Source: Abditibacteriaceae bacterium
Lineage (GTDB): Bacteria > Armatimonadota > Abditibacteriia > Abditibacteriales > Abditibacteriaceae
Assembly: GCA_031425655.1 (NCBI GenBank)
Contig: JANPJS010000054.1
Span: 1 to 57,781 of the forward strand
Length of the DNA: 57,781 nt
Direction of reading: 5' to 3'
Under the pieces are notes generated by a model that worked only from the letters and a program-made list of their open reading frames with translations, ran no database searches and had not been told where the DNA came from. This document shows, in pieces, positions 37,938-45,607 of this stretch. The position numbers and the translations under genes are program-made. The stretch's first letter is position 1; each line of letters begins with the position of its first letter.

Positions 37938-38945
37938 TCAAGCCTCTTGGGGCTGGTTTTGCGGAAGGTTTTGCCATGACGCATCGAAGGGTTTTTGGTG
38001 TTTGAGTACGCCGAAACAGATCATCAGTAACTTCCTCATGCAAGCGGCTAAGGCCACCATTTTGGGTTTACCCTGCGCCACCAACCTTTGATAGTGCGCC
38101 TTGACCAGTGGGTTCCATGTCAGGGCCGTTACTGCTGGGAAGTAAAGTGCTTTTCGCAAGCGACTGTTTCCTCGTTTGGATAAGTGCGTCGGCTTTCTCA
38201 CACTGGAACCGCTTTTGTGCTCGCGTGGCGCCAGACCAGCATAAGCCGCTGCCGATTGCGCCGAATCAAACTCCGCTACGTCGGGCATCTCAGCCAAGAT
38301 GTCCCACGCGGTAATCTCGCCGATGCCCGGAATGCTTTGCAGCAGTTTACAATCGCGCCCCAAGTGTTCGTGCGCTTTAAGGTGAGCGCGAATGGCTACT
38401 TTCAAACGCAGCATCTCCTTTTCCAAAGCTGCCACCACACGTTTGCCGCTGGACAGAATGGCTTTGTCTTGTCCGGGTGCCTGAAGCCGATTCTTTTCCT
38501 GCACCACAAGCTCACTCAAAGCGTGCAAGCGGCGCGTCAGTGCTTGCAACGCGCGCACTTCACCAGCCGCAAGGCGCCAGAGCGGTGGCTGTTGCTGCTG
38601 ACAATAAAGCGCGATTAACCTCGCGTCGGCCTTATCGGTTTTGTTCCCGGCATTTTGGGCCAGAGCAAAAAAGCGAATCCGCGCTGGATTGACGACGCTG
38701 ACCGCTTGCTGCTTTTCGACCAGAAACAAAGCCACGCTTTGCGAATACGGCCCCGTCGCTTCAAGGCAGAAGTGGCACGGTGAATCCCCGGCCAAAGCCT
38801 GAGTCCAACTCAGTAGCTTTGCTTGGCCTCTGTCATCGTTGGCGAACTGCTTTTCGTGGCGCTTGCCGTCTTTGAGCAGACAAGCATCCAGCGTGTCTTT
38901 GGAGACATCCAGACCAATACAAATAAGCTCCATCGTGGTGTTCAT
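37938..38945 (-). CDS. IS110-family transposase / bridge recombinase
   Basis: DEDD residues in 'IGLDVSK', 'CLEATG', 'KTDKAD'; 'SIPGIG', catalytic Ser region 'HKSGSS', 'GNSRLRKALY', 'ACMRKLL'. Confidence 0.95.
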   Translation of the reverse strand: MNTTMELICIGLDVSKDTLDACLLKDGKRHEKQFANDDRGQAKLLSWTQALAGDSPCHFCLEATGPYSQSVALFLVEKQQAVSVVNPARIRFFALAQNAGNKTDKADARLIALYCQQQQPPLWRLAAGEVRALQALTRRLHALSELVVQEKNRLQAPGQDKAILSSGKRVVAALEKEMLRLKVAIRAHLKAHEHLGRDCKLLQSIPGIGEITAWDILAEMPDVAEFDSAQSAAAYAGLAPREHKSGSSVRKPTHLSKRGNSRLRKALYFPAVTALTWNPLVKAHYQRLVAQGKPKMVALAACMRKLLMICFGVLKHQKPFDASWQNLPQNQPQEA

Positions 38946-38960
38946 ACTCTGCTCCCTCAC

Positions 38961-39115
38961 TCAGCCGAAGTCAAGAACCTGTGCAGGCTTTGCTTCCAGA
39001 GACTATCCGAGATGAATTGAACACCGGGCGTTGGCGCGTCTTCTTGTTAACGAAGTCAAACCCAAACGACTTGCTTCTGGCGCTGCATCGCGCTGATTCC
39101 AACTCCCGATGACAC
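38961..39115 (-). ncRNA. Putative bridge RNA in the IS110 left non-coding end (ends approximate)
   Basis: Contains TGCAGCGCC (39087-39079), TAACAAG (39049-39043) and ATAGTCTCT (39006-38998), matching the left target, right target and IS right end in the expected order. Confidence 0.78.
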
Positions 39116-39364
39116 ACCACAACTTAACCTATGAGGCGCTGCACTCGACCGCCCGCAGCTTGGCTGATTCTCGTTTGCGGTCGCGTTACGCCAAACTTGG
39201 TCTCGGTTCGGCGGGCGGCGGGTGAGCTTGGTCGTTGGGCAGTCGCCGAAGACGCCCTGCATAAAACCGCTCTGCCGCGCGATTTGGATTTGACTGCGTA
39301 TAAGGATCGGCCTTGTAGGTGGTCTCAAGCGCGCCTTTTCCCGTTTCAAGTGTTCTAAAGGATT

Positions 39365-40699
39365 ATGAAGTCAGATTCTCAGTCTCGCGGCCCATTTATC
39401 GCCGTTCGCCCGCCGATGTCGCGGCGGCGGTTTTTGCGGGGCGCGGGCATCGCGCTGTCGCTGCCGTTGCTCGATTCGATGGTGCCGGGACTGGTGCGCG
39501 CCGCGTCGTCGTCCGCGCCGGCTGCGGCCAAACCGCGCCGCATGATCGGGATTTGCAACAACCTCGGTTTGCTGCCCGACCTGTTTTTTCCAAAAGTCAG
39601 CGGGCGCGATTACACGCCGTCGCCTTATTTGGAACTGCTCAAAGAGCATCGCAACGATTTCAGCGTATTTAGCGGCGTGTCGCATCCCAACGTGGATGGA
39701 GGGCATCCGGCGGACGTGTGTTTTCTGACCGCTGCGCCGCATCCGGGCAGCAGTTCGTTTCGCAACACCATTTCGCTCGACCAATATATCGCCGAGCAAA
39801 TCGGCATTCAAACGCGCTTTCCGTCGCTGACGTTAGGCGTCAACACGCGCAGCCGCAGTCTGTCGTGGACGGGCACCGGCGTAGCGATTCCTCCCGAAGA
39901 CAAAGCTGCCGATGTGTTCAAGCAGCTTTTTTTGCAGGGCACGCCTTCGCAGATTGAAGCGCAAATTCAAAAACTCGATACCGGACGCAGCATTCTTGAC
40001 ACTGTGGCCGAGCAAGCCAAAGAACTGCAACGCAGCGTCGGCACCAGCGACCGCGACCGTCTCGACCAGTATTTCACCAGCGTGCGCGACCTCGAAAATC
40101 GCTTGCAGGCTTCGCGCGGTTGGGAAAAGAAACCGAAACCCGTCGTCACGGCGCCGCTGCCGATTGACCCGGCGAGTCCGGCGGCTTTCATGGACAGAGT
40201 CAAAGTGATGTATGACCTCGTCAAGCTGGCGTTTGAAACCGATTCGACGCGCGCGATCACGCTCATTCTCGACGGCGTGGGCGCACCGGTTTTAGAAATT
40301 CCCGGCGCGAATATCACCGATGGTTATCATAATTTGTCGCATCATGGGAAATCCGAAGGCAAACGCTCGCAGTTGAAAATCATTGACGAAATGCACATGA
40401 AACTGCTCGCGGGTCTGCTGGCCGACCTCAAAACCATACGCGAAGGCGAAGACACGCTGCTCGACCGCACAATGGTGCTTTATGGCTCCAATTTCGGCGA
40501 CGCCAACACGCACGTCACGACCAATATGCCGACTCTTTTGGCCGGAGGCGGCTTCAAGCATGGCGCACACTTGGCATTTGACAAAGCTAACAATTATCCT
40601 CTGCCGAATCTTTACGTTTCGATGCTGCAACGCATGGGCATCGAAACCGACCGCTTCGCGTCGGCCACCGGCACCATGCGCGGGCTGGAATTGGCGTGA
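39365..40699 (+). CDS. DUF1552 domain protein (Tat-like signal)
   Basis: '[18 protein letters not shown]', 'SLDQ', 'D.TRAIT', 'YHNLSHH', '[12 protein letters not shown]'. Confidence 0.88.
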   Translation: MKSDSQSRGPFIAVRPPMSRRRFLRGAGIALSLPLLDSMVPGLVRAASSSAPAAAKPRRMIGICNNLGLLPDLFFPKVSGRDYTPSPYLELLKEHRNDFSVFSGVSHPNVDGGHPADVCFLTAAPHPGSSSFRNTISLDQYIAEQIGIQTRFPSLTLGVNTRSRSLSWTGTGVAIPPEDKAADVFKQLFLQGTPSQIEAQIQKLDTGRSILDTVAEQAKELQRSVGTSDRDRLDQYFTSVRDLENRLQASRGWEKKPKPVVTAPLPIDPASPAAFMDRVKVMYDLVKLAFETDSTRAITLILDGVGAPVLEIPGANITDGYHNLSHHGKSEGKRSQLKIIDEMHMKLLAGLLADLKTIREGEDTLLDRTMVLYGSNFGDANTHVTTNMPTLLAGGGFKHGAHLAFDKANNYPLPNLYVSMLQRMGIETDRFASATGTMRGLELA

Positions 40700-43539
40700 T
40701 GAAATTTCATTCGTTCCGGGGGTTGAAACCCCCGGCAGGGAGGCGGCTTGGCCGCCAAGCGTCCTCGCGGACGCACTCAGCCTCAGATTTGGTAACACAA
40801 GGCCAACGCAAACCAAGTCATAACTTCCGGCGTCCGCGAGGACGCTTGGCCGCAGGCCCTCCTGCCGGGTATTTCAATGCCCGGCACGTCGCCGCGGGCG
40901 CCGTCTTCGTGCTGTTCCTTACACTTCCCATCCACGCCGCACCCGCTTTTCAAGCCAATCCCTTCGCCGAAAAATACTGCGTAAGCTGCCATGATGGCGG
41001 CACCAAAAGCGGCGGACTCGATTTAACAACGCTGAAATTCGACCCGGCTGACCCGTCCAATTTGCGCCACTGGATCGCGGTGCATGACCGTGTGCAAGCG
41101 GGCGAAATGCCGCCCAAAGCCAAGAAAAAGCGCCCGGACGCGGCGGAAACCAACGATTTCGTGCGCCGTTTGGCCGCCTCACTGACCGCTTCCGAACAAG
41201 AGAAAACAACGCGCGAAGGGCGCGCCACGCAGCGACGGCTCAACGGCTACGAATACGAAAACGCGCTGTGCGATTTGCTGAGCGCGCCCTGGCTTCAGAT
41301 AAAAGATCAGTTTCCCGATGACGGCGAAGCGTTTCGCTTCAATAAAATCGGCGATGCGCTGGATGTGTCGCACGTTCACATGGCGCGTTACATGAGCGCC
41401 GCCGATTACGCGATTCGTCAGGCGCTCAGCGTGCAATTTACGCAGCCGCCGACCACGACAAAGCGCCATTATGCGCGCGATCAACGCTCGCTCACCGGCA
41501 AATTCACGCAAACACCGTTTAATTCCTCGCCCGACCGCCAGACTTATCCCGTCCTCGGCACGCAGGCGCAGCCCAAAGTGCGTTCGCTGGAAGAGCCTCT
41601 CACGGTTGGTGAAGCCGACCCGAAGATACGCGATTTGGAAGCCGTCGGCTGGGTTGCGAGCAACTATGTCACGGGTTTTACCTACAGTTGGGACAAATTC
41701 CGCGCGCCGGTGGCGGGGCGCTATCGCGTTCGTTTCAGTGGTTATACGTTGTGGGCGGCGCCCGGAGGCATTAGCCGCAGCTTCGCCAACGGCGCCGATA
41801 AAGTCGGCAAACCTCGCGCTCCCAACCCTAACACGCCGAACTATGACGCGATTTCAGCGGGCCGCACGGATGAGCCGATTACGGTTTACACGCGCAACAG
41901 CTTGATGAATCGCCGCGTCGGCGCCTTCGATCTGACGCCGGAGCCGGCGGTGTGCGACATTGGCCCGGTGTGGCTGTTGGCCGGCGAAACTTTAGTGCCG
42001 GATGCCTCGCGTTTTTATCGCTCGCGCCCGCCGGATTTCAAGAACCCTCTGATGACCAAAGACGGCGCGCCCAGCGTTGCCTTTCGCTGGATGGAAGTCG
42101 AAGGCCCGCTTTACGACGAGGCCAGCACAGCGGGTTATCGCCTGCTTTTCGGCGATTTGCCGTTGCGCGAAGCCGAAAAAGGACGGCGCGGCGTGGTCAT
42201 TCCGGCGCAGGGCGCGTCCAAAGGCAGCGACGCGACCGTTGAAGTCGTTTCCGCCAACCCGAAACAAGACGCCGAGCGATTAATGCGCGCCTTCTTGAAG
42301 CAGGCTTATCGCCGTCCAATGGCCGAATCCGACGTGCGCCTCTTTCTGGCTTTGGTGGATGAGCGCCAGAAAGCCGGACTCAGCTTCACCGAAGCGATGC
42401 TCGCCGGCTACACGGCGATTTTGGCTTCGCCGAAATTCGTTTATCTCAACGAACAGCCGGGTCGCCTCGACGATTACGCTTTGGCTATGCGTTTGTCGCT
42501 GTTTCTTTGGAATTCGGTGCCCGACGAAGCCTTGCGCGCTCGTGCGGCGCGCGGCGAATTGACACGCCCCGACGTATTGCGCGCCGAAACCGAACGCCTA
42601 TTGAACAATGCGAAATCGCGCCGCTTCGTTGAGGCATTTCTCGATTACTGGATTGACCTGCGTAAAATCGAAGATTCGACGCCGTCCACCACGCTTTACA
42701 ACGATTATTATCTCGATGACGCGCTGACCGAAGCCGCCGTTGGGGAGTCGCAGCTTTATTTTGCGGACATGGTGCAGCGCGATTTACCGGCGCAGAACAT
42801 CGTGGCCTCGAAATACACTTTTCTCAACGAACGCCTCGCGCAGCATTATAATGTGCCGGACGTGAAAGGTATTGCGATGCGCCGCGTGGATTTGCCGCCG
42901 GATTCTCCGCGCGGCGGCTTCATGACGCAGGCCAGCGTGCTGAAAGTGACCGCCAACGGCACCACGACCTCGCCGGTTTTGCGCGGAAAATGGATCGTGG
43001 AGCGCATTCTCGGCTATGAAATCCCGCCGCCGCCGCCCGTAGCCGCCGTGGAGCCGGATATTCGCGGCGCCGTGACCATTCGCCAGCAACTCGACAAGCA
43101 CCGCGCCGACCCCAGTTGCGCGACGTGCCACAACAAAATGGACCCGCCCGGCTTTGCGCTGGAAAGTTTCGATGTCATGGGCGGCTGGCGCGACAAATAT
43201 CGCGGTGTTGACGAAGCCAAGCCTGCCGAAAAAGGGCGGGGCAAAAACGGCCATGTTTTCGCGTTTCACTATGGCCTGCCGGTGGATTCGGCGGGCCAAC
43301 TGCCCGATGGCCGTCCCTTCGCCAATATCCGCGATTTCAAGCGATTGTTACGCGAAGATGAGATGACTATCGCCCGCAATTTGGCGAAACAACTCGTGAT
43401 TTACGCCACCGGCGCGCCGGTGCGCTTTAGCGACCGCGCGGCCCTCGAAGCCATCCTGCAAGGCACCAAGCCCGCCAAATACGGTGCGCGCAGCCTGATT
43501 CATCAAATCGTGCAAAGCGACTTGTTTCGCAATAAATAG
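40699..43539 (+). CDS. DUF1592/1588/1585 (PSD) planctomycete-type cytochrome c domain protein
   Basis: 'CVSCH', 'GEMPP', 'RRLN..EYEN', 'LSLFLWNS.PD', 'TSPV.RG.W', 'CATCH..MDP.GFALE.FD'. Confidence 0.9.
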   Translation: MKFHSFRGLKPPAGRRLGRQASSRTHSASDLVTQGQRKPSHNFRRPRGRLAAGPPAGYFNARHVAAGAVFVLFLTLPIHAAPAFQANPFAEKYCVSCHDGGTKSGGLDLTTLKFDPADPSNLRHWIAVHDRVQAGEMPPKAKKKRPDAAETNDFVRRLAASLTASEQEKTTREGRATQRRLNGYEYENALCDLLSAPWLQIKDQFPDDGEAFRFNKIGDALDVSHVHMARYMSAADYAIRQALSVQFTQPPTTTKRHYARDQRSLTGKFTQTPFNSSPDRQTYPVLGTQAQPKVRSLEEPLTVGEADPKIRDLEAVGWVASNYVTGFTYSWDKFRAPVAGRYRVRFSGYTLWAAPGGISRSFANGADKVGKPRAPNPNTPNYDAISAGRTDEPITVYTRNSLMNRRVGAFDLTPEPAVCDIGPVWLLAGETLVPDASRFYRSRPPDFKNPLMTKDGAPSVAFRWMEVEGPLYDEASTAGYRLLFGDLPLREAEKGRRGVVIPAQGASKGSDATVEVVSANPKQDAERLMRAFLKQAYRRPMAESDVRLFLALVDERQKAGLSFTEAMLAGYTAILASPKFVYLNEQPGRLDDYALAMRLSLFLWNSVPDEALRARAARGELTRPDVLRAETERLLNNAKSRRFVEAFLDYWIDLRKIEDSTPSTTLYNDYYLDDALTEAAVGESQLYFADMVQRDLPAQNIVASKYTFLNERLAQHYNVPDVKGIAMRRVDLPPDSPRGGFMTQASVLKVTANGTTTSPVLRGKWIVERILGYEIPPPPPVAAVEPDIRGAVTIRQQLDKHRADPSCATCHNKMDPPGFALESFDVMGGWRDKYRGVDEAKPAEKGRGKNGHVFAFHYGLPVDSAGQLPDGRPFANIRDFKRLLREDEMTIARNLAKQLVIYATGAPVRFSDRAALEAILQGTKPAKYGARSLIHQIVQSDLFRNK
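40716..40884. repeat. Palindromic REP-like element inside the 5' coding region
   Basis: CCGGGGGTTGAAACCCCCGG...CCAAGCGTCCTCGCGGACGC / GCGTCCGCGAGGACGCTTGG...CCGGGTATTTCAATGCCCGG. Confidence 0.8.
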
Positions 43540-43642
43540 CGCGAGTGCGGCGTGTCAAAAAAGTGTAGCCTTCTATATCGGCTGTTCTGTCGCTTGCTCG
43601 CAACCTGGCGGGTGCGGTAGAATCGTGTCGGAGGAAACTCAA

Positions 43643-43972
43643 ATGATTAGAATGCTCTACAAAGAGGGTCGTTATAGCGCTGTCATCATCTGTGACCACT
43701 GCCAAAAGAGAATCGAAGATTATCAACTCGCAGCAGAGAGTGTCATGAGTGGTAATGACAAAAAAGACGGCGAACTGCTGGAGGTCTTTCACGTTCATAA
43801 AGGCGAATGTCTTGACCAAATGGAAAACAAAGCCACAGCTAAAGGGCTACGCATGGGCTGGTCAGAGTTGAGAGACCATTTGCTACAAGTCAGTATGAAT
43901 GTGGGACTTTCGCCTGAAAAGTTGTTAGAGACAGACCAACGGCACAAAGAGACCGGCTTCTACCAACTTTAG
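43643..43972 (+). CDS. Hypothetical protein, possibly metal-binding (CxxC...HxHxxxC)
   Basis: GGAGG RBS, 'CDHC', 'HVHKGEC', AT-richer. Confidence 0.65.
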   Translation: MIRMLYKEGRYSAVIICDHCQKRIEDYQLAAESVMSGNDKKDGELLEVFHVHKGECLDQMENKATAKGLRMGWSELRDHLLQVSMNVGLSPEKLLETDQRHKETGFYQL

Positions 43973-43981
43973 CTGGCTTCC

Positions 43982-44008
43982 GGCGGCGGGTAAACTTGGT
44001 CGTTATGA
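43982..44008 (+). other. Right half of an attC-like site (remnant)
   Basis: GGCGGCGGGTAAACTTGGTCGTT is 21/23 identical to 39214-39236. Confidence 0.55.
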
Positions 44009-44183
44009 CAGTAAGGTTGCGCTCAAAGGGGAGGAAATCTGCGGAGAAGCTACCTCAATTAGAGCCGGCTTAACGCCAAATGCCTTACGAATGTAATTCT
44101 TGCAAACGGTCGTCTGCAAGAACCTCTCGCTCCGACATATTCCTGCCTGACACCTGACTTTTATAAGATCACCAAGCATCGAC

Positions 44184-45122
44184 TTAGCCGTCTTGGTTCA
44201 TGCGTGCGACGAGTTCTTCCAGCACCTGATCGGCCTTTTCTTCCGGGACTTGGCAAGTGCCGACGGCGCGGTGTCCGCCACCACCGTGTTGCAACATCAG
44301 GTTGCCGACATCGGTCTGGCTCGTGCGATTGATGATGCTATGGCCGCAAGTCATGACGATGTTCTGTTTCTGGAAACCCCACATGACTTGAATGCTGATG
44401 TTCGCGGTTGGGAACATGGTGTAAAGCACGAAGCGGTTGCCGGCGTAAATATCGTCCTGGCTCCGCAAATCCACAACGACGACATTGCCGCGCTGTGTGG
44501 CGTTAGCCCGGATCATATCGCGGAAAAGGGCGGTTTGCTCGTGGTAGCGCGTCAATCGTTCCTGCACGTCGGGCAAGGCGAGAATTTCCTGAATGGTGCG
44601 TGTGCGACAATGCTCCACCATTTCTTCCATCAATTGGTAGTTGCTGATACGATAGTCGCGGAAACGGCCAAGACCGGTGCGAGAATCCATGACGTAGGAG
44701 AGTAAAATCCAATCTTGCGGGTTCTCAATGTCGTCCACGTCCAGGTTGGCGCTGTCGCATTTATCAACCGCTTCCATCATAGCGTCCAAGTGGCTGCCGA
44801 ACTTCTCGTGTCCGCCGTAATAATCCCAGATAACGCGGGCACAGCTTGGGCATTCCTTGAAGCTTCCTTCGAACTGCGCGACATCCAAGACACGTTTTTG
44901 CTCGCTCAAGTGGTGATCGAACCAGAGGCCACAACCCGGCACATAGGGGACATTGGCCAGCACATCGTTGCTCGTGACTTCGATCTTGCCGTCCTGCATA
45001 TCCTTGGGATGCACGAACTTGTATCCGTCAATCAGGTTGATTTCTTTCAACAAGACGGCACAGGCCAAGCCATCGAAGTCCGATCTCGTCAGGAGGCGCA
45101 TTTTCTTGCTTTCTGTGTTCAT
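44184..45122 (-). CDS. DHH-family phosphoesterase (exopolyphosphatase-like)
   Basis: 'TRSDFDGL', 'WFDHH', 'GGGH'; start uncertain. Confidence 0.85.
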   Translation of the reverse strand: MNTESKKMRLLTRSDFDGLACAVLLKEINLIDGYKFVHPKDMQDGKIEVTSNDVLANVPYVPGCGLWFDHHLSEQKRVLDVAQFEGSFKECPSCARVIWDYYGGHEKFGSHLDAMMEAVDKCDSANLDVDDIENPQDWILLSYVMDSRTGLGRFRDYRISNYQLMEEMVEHCRTRTIQEILALPDVQERLTRYHEQTALFRDMIRANATQRGNVVVVDLRSQDDIYAGNRFVLYTMFPTANISIQVMWGFQKQNIVMTCGHSIINRTSQTDVGNLMLQHGGGGHRAVGTCQVPEEKADQVLEELVARMNQDG

Positions 45123-45301
45123 GTTAGTCACCTTTTCTGTTTTTCGAGGACTCTACGAGTCTTTTTCAAGTGCAGTGCCGTTTGGAGTGCCCTTTGGAAA
45201 GGCCGCTGGGCATCTTAGCCCCGTGTTGCGGGCGCTGCTTAAGTTGATCGAGAGTATACGCACGGAAGCGTAAAAGCCCCACTGTTCCATAACATATTTT
45301 G

Positions 45302-45422
45302 CCCCCGATTGAAATCGGGGTCTACCGTTACAAAACCGGCCTGCGCCGGTTAAAAAGAGTCCGCGCCGGGCGCCCTCTGGGCAGGTGACTTCGTAGCCTT
45401 AGACCTCGATTTCAATCGGGGG
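45302..45422. repeat. REP-like palindromic element, family D, with a 15-nt insert
   Basis: CCCCCGATTGAAATCGGGG...CGATTTCAATCGGGGG; sibling at 57649-57756. Confidence 0.8.
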
Positions 45423-45607
45423 AACTCGATAAGTAGGAACTTGGGTTACTACTGTTTACTTGTCTGGCTCAAAGTCGCCTGCGCCACCGCCTCAAAAAAG
45501 AAGTGCTACGGTCGGTTGGCGGGAAAACGAGGAAGACTGGCGCTGGATGACCCGCAATTTCATACTCAAGGTGGCTGCTTCACTTGTAGTCCTAAAATCG
45601 AGACCCT

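Larger units (their letters stand above)
37876..39135 (-). mobile_element. IS110-family insertion sequence (IS110/IS621-type layout) bounded by a CT core at each end
   Basis: Core AG (plus strand) at 37876-37877 and 39134-39135; removing the IS and one core restores the attC; no terminal inverted repeats. Confidence 0.88.
37390..39234 (+). mobile_element. Integron gene cassette (orphan) with an IS-interrupted attC
   Basis: Starts at core site G^TTAGCCCG (37389-37397), complementary to the attC inverse core CGGGCTAAC (37866-37874); ends at G^TTGGGC (39234-39240). Confidence 0.75.
37868..39240 (+). other. attC site, about 115 bp when reconstructed (37868-37877 + 39136-39240)
   Basis: GGCTAAC-AAGGC-GCTGCAC-TCGACCGCCCGC...GCGGGCGGCGG-GTGAGC-TTGGTC-GTTGGGC; R''/L''/L'/R' boxes with two extrahelical bases. 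Confidence 0.82.

Noticed and set aside
39056..39358. Small ORFs overlapping the IS left end and attC
   Set aside because: The region is explained by the bridge-RNA end and the attC arm.
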